Notes under the pieces: model-generated
The model's database searches: none
What the model was told of the DNA's origin: nothing
Seen by the model: the letters and a program-made list of their open reading frames with translations, nothing else
In this document: positions 27,444-35,926 of the stretch, piece by piece
How the letters are laid out: each line of letters begins with the position of its first letter
Position numbering within the stretch: the first letter of the stretch is position 1
Translations under genes and position numbers: made by a program
Assembly: GCA_963827335.1 (NCBI GenBank)
Contig: CAWHAP010000014.1
Span: 88,554 to 152,553 of the forward strand
Length of the DNA: 64,000 bases
Source of the DNA: an uncultured Solirubrobacteraceae bacterium
Lineage (GTDB): Bacteria > Actinomycetota > Thermoleophilia > Solirubrobacterales > Solirubrobacteraceae
Direction: 5' to 3'

Positions 27444-28391
27444 CTACGCGGCGCCGAGCACGGAGGGGAACCCCTCGCGCCAGGTCGCGTGCGCGGGCGC
27501 CCAGCCGAGCTCCCGCCGGGCCTTCGCGTTCGACACGCCGCTGACCTCGGTCATCATCGTCGTCACCGCCTCGCCCGCCGCGATCCGCGCGAGCCAGCGC
27601 GGGATCCGGCGCGGCGGCTTCGCGCCCGCGGCCGCCGCGAGCACGGGCAGCCACTCGCGCGCCGGCGCCGGCTCGTCGTCGACGACGTTGTAGACGCCGC
27701 GCGCGCCGCGCTCGAGCGCCGCGAGCGTCGCGGCCGCCGCGTCGTCGATGTGGACGAACGACCACGCGCCCGCCCCGTCGCCGACGACCGGGAAGCGGCG
27801 CTTGCGGACCAGGTCGAGCTGCTCGCCGCCGGGCGCGATGCCGGTGCCCGCGCCGTAGAAGCCGCCGTAGCGCAGGACGATCCCGTCGAGGTCCGTCGCC
27901 CCGAGCACGAGCGCCTCCATCCGCCGTATCGCGCCGAGCGACGCGCGCATCGACGCGACGGGGTGCGGGTCCAGCCCGTCGTCCTCCGTCTTGGGCTGCG
28001 CGCCGGTGCGCGGCGACGTCCAGCCGGCGTAGGACTGCACCAGCAGCCGCCGGGCGCCGGCGGCCCGCGCACCGGCGAGCAGGTGCTCGGTGCCCTCGAC
28101 GCGCAGGCGGTTCGTGGTGGCGAACGCGGCGTCGAAGTCCCGCAGGTCCGCGAGCCCGGCGAGCGCGGTGAGCTGGTTGACGACCGCGTCGGGCCGCGCG
28201 GCGGTCACGGCGGCGACGACCGCGTCGCCGTCGAGGCCGTCCGCGACGACGGGCTCGGCGCCGGCCGCGCGCAGCGCGGCGGCCTTGGCCGGGGTGCGGG
28301 TCATGCCCGTCACCTCGTGGCCGGCGGCCACGAGGAGGGGGACGAGCCGGGATCCGAGGGCGCCGGTGGCGCCGGCGAGGAAGATGCGCAT
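27444..28391 (-). CDS. NAD(P)-dependent epimerase/dehydratase (atypical SDR) family protein
   Basis: MRIFLAGATGALGSRLVPLLVAAGHEVTGMTR (GxxGxxG). ATG 28391 is preceded by GGAGG. Confidence 0.8.
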   Translation of the reverse strand: MRIFLAGATGALGSRLVPLLVAAGHEVTGMTRTPAKAAALRAAGAEPVVADGLDGDAVVAAVTAARPDAVVNQLTALAGLADLRDFDAAFATTNRLRVEGTEHLLAGARAAGARRLLVQSYAGWTSPRTGAQPKTEDDGLDPHPVASMRASLGAIRRMEALVLGATDLDGIVLRYGGFYGAGTGIAPGGEQLDLVRKRRFPVVGDGAGAWSFVHIDDAAAATLAALERGARGVYNVVDDEPAPAREWLPVLAAAAGAKPPRRIPRWLARIAAGEAVTTMMTEVSGVSNAKARRELGWAPAHATWREGFPSVLGAA

Positions 28392-28429
28392 GGAATGCCT
28401 CCGTCTGATGTGATGGCCTCTGAGACGAG

Positions 28430-29293
28430 ATGGCCGCCTCGGACGTGACACCCGATGCGCTCCGCCCGCTCCTCTTCTCGCTCGCCTATCGCATGGTCGG
28501 CGAGGTGGGAGAGGCCGAGGACCTCGTGCAGGAGGCGTTCCTGCGCCTGCACCGCGAGGACGGGGTGGCGGCGCCCAAGGCGTTCCTCACCACCGTGGTC
28601 ACCCGCCTCGCGATCGACCACCTGCGCTCCGCGCGCGTGCGGCGCGAGGCCTACACCGGGCCGTGGCTGCCCGAGCCGCTCGTGCGCGACGCCGCCGAGG
28701 AGGTCGAGGACGACGAGACGCTGTCGCTCGCGTTCCTCGCCCTGCTCGAGCGGCTCACGCCGGTCGAGCGCGCGGTCTACGTCCTGCACGAGCTGTTCGC
28801 CTACTCGCACGACGAGGTCGCCGAGGTCGTCGGCAAGCGGCCGGCGAACTGCCGCCAGATCCTCGCCCGCGCGCGCCGGCACGTCGATGCCGGGCGCCCC
28901 CGGTTCGAGCCCACCCGCGAGCGCCGCGAGGCGCTGCTCGCCCGCTTCATGGACGCCGTCCGCGCCGGGAACGTGGAGGCGCTCGCCGGGCTGCTCGCCA
29001 CGGACGCCGTCCACTACGCCGACGGCGGCGGCAAGGCGCGCGCCACGCTCCTGCCGATCTACGGCCCGGCGAAGATCGCGCGGCTGTGGGCGGCGCTCGG
29101 CGCGCAGGCCGGCGAGTTCGTGCTCCGCGCCGTCGACGTGAACGGGCAGCCGGGCGTGGCCGGGTTCCTCCCCGGCGGGGCGCTGATCTCCGTGATCACC
29201 CTCGACGGCGCGGACGGCGTGATCGACGGGATCAGCGTGGTGGCGAACCCGGACAAGCTCGCCCGGGCCGCCAGCGCGCTCGCCTCGGCCTAG
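28430..29293 (+). CDS. ECF sigma factor with C-terminal SnoaL-like extension (ECF41 / SigJ-like)
   Basis: Region 2 (LVQEAFLRLHRE), region 4 (SHDEVAEVVGKRPANCRQILARARRHV) and a C-terminal extension of about 110 aa. It sits divergently next to an epimerase-type gene, as described for ECF41. Confidence 0.8.
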   Translation: MAASDVTPDALRPLLFSLAYRMVGEVGEAEDLVQEAFLRLHREDGVAAPKAFLTTVVTRLAIDHLRSARVRREAYTGPWLPEPLVRDAAEEVEDDETLSLAFLALLERLTPVERAVYVLHELFAYSHDEVAEVVGKRPANCRQILARARRHVDAGRPRFEPTRERREALLARFMDAVRAGNVEALAGLLATDAVHYADGGGKARATLLPIYGPAKIARLWAALGAQAGEFVLRAVDVNGQPGVAGFLPGGALISVITLDGADGVIDGISVVANPDKLARAASALASA

Positions 29294-30468
29294 CCGAGGC
29301 GCATGTTCGGCTCGGTGCCGTCCATCCCGCCCTCGCTCGTGCAGGCGCCGGTGCGGTTGCCCAGGTAGGCCTGGCGCAGGCAGTTGCGCAGCGCGAGCTG
29401 GCCCCAGTAGCTCGGGTGCAGGTCCTCCTGCAGCTGGTACGGGGGCACGAGCGTCGTCACCGTGCGGATCTGGCTCACCCACTCGGACCGGTCGGCCGCG
29501 CCGGAGGACGTCCAGTTGGCGGTGCCGGTCTCCTCGAGCAGGCCGACCGTGCTCTCGCACAGGCGGTGGCCGGCGAGGGCGTTCTGCGCGTCGAAGACCT
29601 GCGCGCCGTTGGCGGCCGCGGCGTTCCGCACGACGGTGTTGAGCGTCGTGACCATCGTCGCGTTCGCCCAGTCGGCGTCGCGGTTCCACACGCCGCAGCC
29701 GCCGATCGACTGGCGGGTGTAGCCGCTCTCCTTGTAGCGGATGCCGGCCCCGCCGGGGATCGGCGAGGAGTACGTCTGCGCGAGCAGGCGGTAGTCGCCG
29801 TCGGCGTAGCCGGCGTTGCGCATCGCCGTGCGCACGTTGCCGAGCGCGCCGCTGACCGCCGCCTGCTGCTGCGCGACGTAGGCGGGCGTGAACATGCCCG
29901 CGACGCTCGCGTCGTCGTGGCAGTAGTTCTTCCACCAGGTCGGCGACGTCAGCCAGTTCGTGAGGCAGGTCTGGACGACGCTCGCGAAGCCGAAGTTGTT
30001 CGCGCCGATCAGGACGACGACGAGCCGCACGCGGCGCGTCCTGGCGTAGTCCTGCAGCGCGCGCGCCTGGCCGACGCGGCCGGCGCTGTCGCTGTAGAAG
30101 TCGATCCCGGGCTTGAAGTCGCCCGAGCCGGGTGCCTGGGTGTACGTGCGCGCGCCGGAGCAGGCGAGGTTCTTCGAGTCGACGCCCGCGACGTTCAGGT
30201 GGATCTCGGCGGCCCTGGAGCGGTGGCAGCCCTTGATCGCCTCGGCGCCGTTCGCGTCGTGGTACGCCGTCGAGCCGAGCGCGTCGACGCGCGACGGGCT
30301 CTGGTTCGTGTTGCCGGCCCAGCGGCCCGCCTCACCGGAGATCGCCGAGTCCCCGAGCGCCACCACCGCATCGCGCACGCCCGTCGGCGGGGCCGCGCCG
30401 GCCGGGGCCGTCGCGATCACCCAGGCCGCGAGGCCCAGCGCACAGAGCACACCAGCACGTCGCTTCAC
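29290..30468 (-). CDS. secreted SGNH/GDSL hydrolase
   Basis: GTG 30468 is preceded by GGGAGGG. Signal peptide (LCALGLAAWVIATAPAGA), GDS block (VALGDSAISGE) and later GANNFG. Confidence 0.75.
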   Translation of the reverse strand: MKRRAGVLCALGLAAWVIATAPAGAAPPTGVRDAVVALGDSAISGEAGRWAGNTNQSPSRVDALGSTAYHDANGAEAIKGCHRSRAAEIHLNVAGVDSKNLACSGARTYTQAPGSGDFKPGIDFYSDSAGRVGQARALQDYARTRRVRLVVVLIGANNFGFASVVQTCLTNWLTSPTWWKNYCHDDASVAGMFTPAYVAQQQAAVSGALGNVRTAMRNAGYADGDYRLLAQTYSSPIPGGAGIRYKESGYTRQSIGGCGVWNRDADWANATMVTTLNTVVRNAAAANGAQVFDAQNALAGHRLCESTVGLLEETGTANWTSSGAADRSEWVSQIRTVTTLVPPYQLQEDLHPSYWGQLALRNCLRQAYLGNRTGACTSEGGMDGTEPNMRLG

Positions 30469-30563
30469 CGTCGCCCTCCCTCAGGTCACGGGCGACCGTG
30501 CCCCCTGCTCGTCCCTCGCCCGGGGTTCTAGCGTGCGCAGGGGCCGGGGGCAAGCGCCGGCGC

Positions 30564-30890
30564 TCAGCCGGCGTCGACGTAGCGGACCGCGCCGTCGAGC
30601 GGCGCGATCGCGACGCGGGCCTCCAGGCCGTGCCCGACGATCGTGTCGTAGCCCTGGGCGGCGAGCAGCGCGGTGACCGACAGCTGCTCGTGCAGGCTGC
30701 GCGGGGCGCGGAACGTGGCATGGCGCGCGGCGGCGTCCCGGCGCGCGGCGGCGACGCGCTCGGCCGCGGCAGGGCCTGAGGCGTCGACGACGACGGCCAC
30801 GCGCTCGGTCGCACGCGGCGCAGGCGCCGCCTGGGCGACCGACAAGCCGGCCGTGAGGGCGACGAGCGTGGCGACGAGGTACCTGGTCAT
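30564..30890 (-). CDS. small secreted hypothetical protein
   Basis: MTRYLVATLVALTAGLSVAQA|AP signal peptide. 108 aa. Preceded by an AT-richer promoter-like region. Confidence 0.5.
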   Translation of the reverse strand: MTRYLVATLVALTAGLSVAQAAPAPRATERVAVVVDASGPAAAERVAAARRDAAARHATFRAPRSLHEQLSVTALLAAQGYDTIVGHGLEARVAIAPLDGAVRYVDAG

Positions 30891-30897
30891 ACGTATG

Positions 30898-30926
30898 AAA
30901 GTACTACGTATGACGAGAATTGACAA
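30898..30926 (-). promoter_or_regulatory. sigma-70-like promoter (TTGTCA-17-TACTTT) giving a near-leaderless transcript, overlapped by a 12-bp palindrome
   Basis: The minus strand reads TTGTCA ATTCTCGTCATACGTAG TACTTT CATACGT ATG. The palindrome ACAAGGCCTTGT (30923-30934) overlaps the -35. Confidence 0.35.
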
Positions 30927-30961
30927 GGCCTTGTTGCGAAACCTTCACACGGCGTCGCCGA

Positions 30962-31972
30962 TCAGCGCGGCGGGGCGGTGGAGCCGCGGACGAGCAGCCG
31001 GACCGCCAGCACGCGGTTGCGCGGCTTGCGGCCCGCGAACTGGGCGTGCAGCAGCTCGAACGCGATGCGGCCCATCTCGCGGCCGTCCGCCACCACGGTG
31101 GTCAGCGGCGGGTCCAGGACGCGCCCGATCTCGAGCCCGTCGAAGCCGACGACGGACAGATCCCCGGGGATGCGCAGGCCCAGCTCGCGGGCGGCGAGGT
31201 ACGCGCCCGCGGCGATCACGTCGTCGTCGCAGAACACCGCCGTCGTCTCCGGCGCGGCGCCGAGCAGCGCGAGCGTCGCCGCCTGCGCGCCGTCGAGCTC
31301 GAACGTCGAGCGCACCCGCGCCGCGCCGGGCACGAGCCGGTCGACCGCGCGCTGCCGGGCCCGGAACGTCGGCCGGTCGAAGACCGCGGCGACGTGCCCG
31401 ATGCGCGTGTGGCCCAGCTCCAGGAGATGGCGCACGGCGGCGTCGGCGCCGTCGCCCGCGTCGAAGCGCACGGAGGGATGCCCGCGCGCCTCGCGCTCGA
31501 TCATCACCACGGGCTCGGAGCCGGCCCGCCCCGGGGGATCGATCTCGAGCAGCAGCAGCCCGTCGGCAGGACCGGCGTTGAGCGCCTCTGCCGACGCGGC
31601 CCCCCAGGCGCGGTCGTTGTTCGTGTCGACCAGGGCGACGGTGTAGCCCGCGGCGCGGGCCGCGTTCTGCGCGCCGCGCAGCAGGCCGCCGAAGAACGGG
31701 TTCGTGACGTCGGGCACCACGAGCACGACCGTGCGCGCCAAGCCCGTCTTCAGGGCGCGCGCGGCGGCGTTGGGGCGATAGCCCAGCTCCTCCGCGGCCG
31801 CGCGGACCGCGGCCTCGGTGCGCGCCGACACGCGCCCCGGGGCCTTCCCGGAGAAGACCAGGGAGACCGTGGACTGCGAGACGCCGCACCGCTCGGCGAC
31901 GTCGATGCTGGTGATTCGCTCGGCGCTCAGGGGGCGTAGCTTGCCAAGCAGGCCAACGGAAGGCGCCTCCAC
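30962..31972 (-). CDS. LacI-family transcriptional regulator
   Basis: N-terminal HTH ITSIDVAERCGVSQSTVSLVFSG, YRPNAAARAL, and a periplasmic-binding-protein-like core. Start set at GTG 31972, because ATG 32044 would overlap the divergent hxlR-type gene. Confidence 0.8.
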   Translation of the reverse strand: MEAPSVGLLGKLRPLSAERITSIDVAERCGVSQSTVSLVFSGKAPGRVSARTEAAVRAAAEELGYRPNAAARALKTGLARTVVLVVPDVTNPFFGGLLRGAQNAARAAGYTVALVDTNNDRAWGAASAEALNAGPADGLLLLEIDPPGRAGSEPVVMIEREARGHPSVRFDAGDGADAAVRHLLELGHTRIGHVAAVFDRPTFRARQRAVDRLVPGAARVRSTFELDGAQAATLALLGAAPETTAVFCDDDVIAAGAYLAARELGLRIPGDLSVVGFDGLEIGRVLDPPLTTVVADGREMGRIAFELLHAQFAGRKPRNRVLAVRLLVRGSTAPPR

Positions 31973-32025
31973 TTCGCCCGCCGGTCCACTGACAGGGGGC
32001 CCGGGGGCCAGCAGAATTCGCCCCC

Positions 32026-32451
32026 ATGCCTGCTGCCCCGACATCCATCCGCACCTCGGAGCGCGCCCGCTCCGCCCGCCTGATCCGCGACGCCCTCGGT
32101 CTCCTCTCGTCGAAGTGGAGCGTCGACGTCCTGCTCGCGCTCGGGGACGGCACCCGCCGCTACCACGAGCTGCTGGGCGACCTCGAGCCGATCTCCGAGA
32201 AGGTGCTGACCCAGACGCTGCGCGCGATGGAGCGCGACGGCCTGATCGCGCGCCGCGTGCACGCGGAGGTGCCGCCGCGCGTGGACTACGCGCTCACGCC
32301 GCTCGGCGCGACGCTCGCCGCGCCGATGCGGGCGCTGGGCAGCTGGTCGCTCGGCCACGGCCGTCACGTCGACGCCGCTCGCGAGCGGTTCGACCTGCGC
32401 CGGGCCATCCAGCAGCAGGAGCAGCGGCGGGCTGCTGCGGCTGCTGCGTAG
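32026..32451 (+). CDS. HxlR-family winged-helix transcriptional regulator
   Basis: LLSSKWSVDVLLALGDGTRRYHELLGDLEPISEKVLTQTLRAMERDGLIARRV...YALTPLG is the HxlR signature pattern. Confidence 0.8.
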   Translation: MPAAPTSIRTSERARSARLIRDALGLLSSKWSVDVLLALGDGTRRYHELLGDLEPISEKVLTQTLRAMERDGLIARRVHAEVPPRVDYALTPLGATLAAPMRALGSWSLGHGRHVDAARERFDLRRAIQQQEQRRAAAAAA

Positions 32452-32472
32452 CGCGGGGCGGCCGCGGCCGCG

Positions 32473-32772
32473 GTCGTCCGCCGGCGTGATGGCGGGCGCT
32501 CCACGCAGGTCAACGGCGGGCATCGACGGGGTGGGCGGGTTTCGCGGTGGCGCCCCCAACGTCGCACGCCGTCCGGATCGCCGAGCCGATGCGACGTTGG
32601 GGGTGCTATAGGACCCAAACGTCGCACCCCGCCCGGATCGCCGAGCCAATGCGACGTTGGGGGCACACCCCACCCGGACTCGCCCCCCTCAATGCCGGTG
32701 TTGACGTTCGCCGGCGGAGACCGCAGGCCCCCGAACCCGGCTCCTCAATGCCGGTGTTGACGTTCGCCGGCG
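32473..32772. repeat. nested-palindrome intergenic repeat, copy 4 (tail on the left, duplicated right terminus)
   Basis: The reverse-complemented tail GTCGTCCGCCGGCGTGATGGCGGGCGCTCC lies at the left. Two nearly identical inner hairpins (C(C/A)AACGTCGCAC(G/C)CCG(T/C)CCGGATCGCCGAGCC(G/A)ATGCGACGTTGGGGG) flank GTGCTATAGGAC. The right terminus CTCAATGCCGGTGTTGACGTTCGCCGGCG occurs twice (about 32689-32717 and 32744-32772). Confidence 0.85.
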
Positions 32773-32779
32773 CCGCCAC

Positions 32780-33529
32780 TCACCCGAACAGATCCTGCTC
32801 CCGGGCGCGCAGCAGCGCGCCCGCGACCCCCGGGCCGTCCTCGCCGAGCACGAACCGGTCCAGGCCGCGCAGCCGCACGGCGGGCTCACGGCTGTCCTTG
32901 CCGCGCACGAGGTCGGACGCGGCCGCGACCTGGTCGGCGACGGCGATCACGGTGGCGTGCAGCACCCGCCCCTGCGCGTCGGGCAGCCCGCGCCAGTCCT
33001 CGAGCGGCGCGAGCCCGGCACAGCCGATCGCCACCTCGGCCTGGCCGACGCGCCACGCGCGGCCGAACGAGTCGGTCACCACGACGGCGCAGCCGAGCCG
33101 TGCCCGCAGCGCCCGCGCGGACGCGTCCGGGTCGGCCGGGAGGAGCACCGCGTGCGCCGCGCCGCCGGCGTTGGACTGGTCGACGCCTGCGTTCGCGCAC
33201 ACGAAGCCGTGGTGCGTGCGGGCGATCAGGCGGCCCGCATCCGCCCGCAGCAGCTCGGCGCTCTCGCCCAGGATCAGCTCGACGAGCCGCGGGTCCTTGC
33301 CGTGCTCGGCGCCGAGCGCGACGGCATGCGCGCCGGGCGTGACGTCCGCGAGCCGCACGACGCGCCCCTCGGCCTTGGCGACCGCCTTGTGCGCGACCGC
33401 CAGGACGTCCGCCGGCCCCAGCCCGGGCTCGGGCAGCCGCGCGGCCGCCTCCGCGAGCAGCGCGGCGAGGTCGTCGCCGGGCCGGATCTCGGGCAGCCCG
33501 GGCAGCGGCTCCGCGGCGAGTGCCGTCAC
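32780..33529 (-). CDS. cofE: coenzyme F420:L-glutamate ligase, single-domain CofE type
   Basis: 249 aa. GTG 33529 overlaps the cofC stop (GTGA). Motifs AHKAVAKAEGR, GFVCANAGVDQSN, VTDSFGRAWR. There is no C-terminal nitroreductase-like domain. Confidence 0.8.
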   Translation of the reverse strand: MTALAAEPLPGLPEIRPGDDLAALLAEAAARLPEPGLGPADVLAVAHKAVAKAEGRVVRLADVTPGAHAVALGAEHGKDPRLVELILGESAELLRADAGRLIARTHHGFVCANAGVDQSNAGGAAHAVLLPADPDASARALRARLGCAVVVTDSFGRAWRVGQAEVAIGCAGLAPLEDWRGLPDAQGRVLHATVIAVADQVAAASDLVRGKDSREPAVRLRGLDRFVLGEDGPGVAGALLRAREQDLFG

Positions 33530-34191
33530 GCGAGCGCGGAGCGCGGCGCCATCCGGTCCAGGAGCGCCCGCGTCCGCGGCGCCGCCTCCGGGAGGCGCGT
33601 CAGCGCCCGCTGCAGCGCCGCGAGGTCGCCCGGCGTGTCCACGTCGAGCTCGAGCGACGGCGCGTGCGCGACGCGGACGCGCACGCCCGCTGCGGCCCCG
33701 CCGGCCGCGTGGCGCGCGAACGAGCCGGGGCCGAACGACGGCGCGATCGCGCGCGGCGGCGTGAGCAGCAGGGCGTTCGTGCCGGACCCGTGCCGGTCCG
33801 GGACGATCACCACGCCGGCGCCGGGGTGGCCGCCGAGCAGCGCCGACACCTCGTCCGGGGCGAGCGCCGGGCAGTCGCCCGGTACGAGTAGAGCCCGCTC
33901 GGCGCCGCGGCGCGCCGCCTCGGCCACGCCCAGCGCGGCGGCGGCCGACTGGCCGGCCTCGACCGGGTCCCCGATCACGTGCGCGCCGGCCTCGCGGGCC
34001 GCGGCGGCGGCCCGCGGCTCGGCCGTCACCACGATCACGTCGTCGAGCTCCGGCACCGCGGCCAGCGCCGCGAGCACGTCGCCGACCATGCCGGCGGCGA
34101 GCTCCGCCCGGTCGGGCTGCCCGACCGCGTCGCCCAAGCGCTGCTTGGCGCGGCCGAACGACTTGACGGGGAGGACGGCGGCCGTGCGCAT
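33526..34191 (-). CDS. cofC: 2-phospho-L-lactate / phosphoenolpyruvate guanylyltransferase (CofC/FbiD)
   Basis: AVLPVKSFGRAKQRL N-terminus, GDCPAL and GSGTNALL motifs. 221 aa. Confidence 0.8.
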   Translation of the reverse strand: MRTAAVLPVKSFGRAKQRLGDAVGQPDRAELAAGMVGDVLAALAAVPELDDVIVVTAEPRAAAAAREAGAHVIGDPVEAGQSAAAALGVAEAARRGAERALLVPGDCPALAPDEVSALLGGHPGAGVVIVPDRHGSGTNALLLTPPRAIAPSFGPGSFARHAAGGAAAGVRVRVAHAPSLELDVDTPGDLAALQRALTRLPEAAPRTRALLDRMAPRSALA

Positions 34192-34203
34192 GGGCCCGGA
34201 AGG

Positions 34204-35121
34204 CTAACCAGTCCGCCCGAGCGCCTCCGCGAACCCGAGCGCCGCCGCCGCCACGCGCCGCCGCCCGGCGGCGTCGGGCATGGCCACGTCGATCTCGAGC
34301 AGCGGCAGGGCGTCGGTCCGCTCGTCGGCCACGAGCCCGTCGAGCAGCCCGTCGTAGCGTGCCGCGATGCCGTCGGCCGACAGCGGGTCGCCGGTCCAGG
34401 CCATGAACTGGTCGGTCGGCCCCTTCAGCACCTGTCCGCCGACGAGCGGCGAGACCGCCACGACCGGCGCCGGCGTCGCCCGCAGCGCCTCGCGCATGCC
34501 GGGCACCGCGAGGATCGGGCCGATCGAGATGACCGGGTTCGAGGGGCCGACGATCACCGCGCGCGCCCCGGCGATCGCGGCCGCGACCTCCGGGCCCATC
34601 GACGCCGCCTCGGCGCCGCGGAACGCCACGTCCTCCACCGGCCCGGCCGCGCCGTCCTGGATCATGAACGCCTGGAAGGGCCGCCACTCGCCGCGCGCCC
34701 TGACCCAGGTGCGCACGGGCGCGTCGGCCATCGGCAGCACGCGGGCGGGTACGCCGAGCGCGCGCCGGAGCTCGTCGATCGCCTGGGTCAGCGTCGCGCC
34801 CTCGGCGAGCCGCCGCGCCCGCTGCAGGCAGACCGCGAGGTCCTGGTCGCCGAGGGCGAACCACACGTCCTCGCCCAGGGCGCGCAGCGCGTCCATCACC
34901 GCGAACGTGTCGCCGCGCAGCCCCCAGCCGCGCTCGTCGATGCGGTCGGCGAGCCAGAAGGTCACGAGGTCCGGGTCGGGCGAGACGTGGCCGCCGTGGA
35001 TCTCGACGTCGTCGCCCGTGTTGGCGATCACGACGAGGTCCTCGCCGGCGACGTCGAGCATCCCGCGCGCGAGCTTGGCGCCGCCGGTGCCGCCGCTGAG
35101 GACGACGACGGGGCCGCTCAC
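34204..35121 (-). CDS. cofD: 2-phospho-L-lactate transferase (CofD/FbiA)
   Basis: GTG 35121 overlaps the upstream stop (GTGA). VVVLSGGTGGAKLARG, IANTGDD and GPSNPVISIGPIL motifs. Confidence 0.85.
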   Translation of the reverse strand: MSGPVVVLSGGTGGAKLARGMLDVAGEDLVVIANTGDDVEIHGGHVSPDPDLVTFWLADRIDERGWGLRGDTFAVMDALRALGEDVWFALGDQDLAVCLQRARRLAEGATLTQAIDELRRALGVPARVLPMADAPVRTWVRARGEWRPFQAFMIQDGAAGPVEDVAFRGAEAASMGPEVAAAIAGARAVIVGPSNPVISIGPILAVPGMREALRATPAPVVAVSPLVGGQVLKGPTDQFMAWTGDPLSADGIAARYDGLLDGLVADERTDALPLLEIDVAMPDAAGRRRVAAAALGFAEALGRTG

Positions 35122-35900
35122 CGGCCGCTGAACTCCGGGGCGCGCTTCTCGCGGAACGCTCGCGCGCCCTCCGCGAAGTCGGCCGTCGCCGCGCAGCGCT
35201 CCTGCGCCAGGACCTCGAGCTCGAGCGTCGTCGAGAGCGCCGGGCGGGCCGAGGCGTCCATCACGCGCTTGGCGAGCCCCACGGCGAGCGGCGCGCAGGC
35301 CAGCAGCTCGTCCGCGAGCGCCTGCACGGCCGCGTCGAGCTCCTCCGGCTGCGCCACGCGGTTGACGAGGCCGATGCGCTCGGCCTCCTCGGCGCCGATC
35401 AGCCTGCCGGTCATCACGAGCTCCTTGGCCCGCCCGAGGCCGACCACCTGCGGCAGCCGCGAGGCGCCGCCGACGTCGGGGATCAGGCCGATCCGCGTCT
35501 CCGGCATGCCGACGATCGCGTCGGCGGCGATCACGCGGAGGTCGCAGGCGAGGGCGAGCTCGAGCGCGCCGCCGATGCACGCCCCCTGGATCGCGCAGAT
35601 GACCGGCTTGGGCATCTCCTCGGCCAGGCTCCACGCCTCGACGCAGTGGCGCCGGAACGTGCGCAACCGCTCCGGCTCGGCCGCCAGCCCGGCGAGCGAC
35701 CCCAGGTCCATGCCGGACGAGAACAGCGGTCCGGCGCCGCGCAGCACCACGCAGCGCACGTCCGGGTCGTCGGCGGCGGCGCGCAGCGCCGCCCCGATGG
35801 CCAGCACCAGCTCGCCGTGGAACGCGTTGCGCTTCTCGGGGCGGTTGAGGACGAGGTGGCGGACGGGGCCGCGGTCTTCTGACAGGACGAGCTCGCTCAT
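35118..35900 (-). CDS. enoyl-CoA hydratase/isomerase (crotonase) family protein
   Basis: LNRPEKRNAF, GAGPLFSSGMDL and GACIGGALELALACDLR (oxyanion-hole pattern). Start is ATG 35900. Confidence 0.85.
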   Translation of the reverse strand: MSELVLSEDRGPVRHLVLNRPEKRNAFHGELVLAIGAALRAAADDPDVRCVVLRGAGPLFSSGMDLGSLAGLAAEPERLRTFRRHCVEAWSLAEEMPKPVICAIQGACIGGALELALACDLRVIAADAIVGMPETRIGLIPDVGGASRLPQVVGLGRAKELVMTGRLIGAEEAERIGLVNRVAQPEELDAAVQALADELLACAPLAVGLAKRVMDASARPALSTTLELEVLAQERCAATADFAEGARAFREKRAPEFSGR

Positions 35901-35926
35901 GGGCGGCCAAGGGTAATCCGCCCGGC

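Noticed and set aside
31973-32044. ATG 32044 as the start of the LacI-family regulator
   Set aside because: It would add 24 non-conserved residues ahead of the HTH and overlap the divergently transcribed HxlR-type gene start (32026). GTG 31972 is more consistent, although it is unproven.
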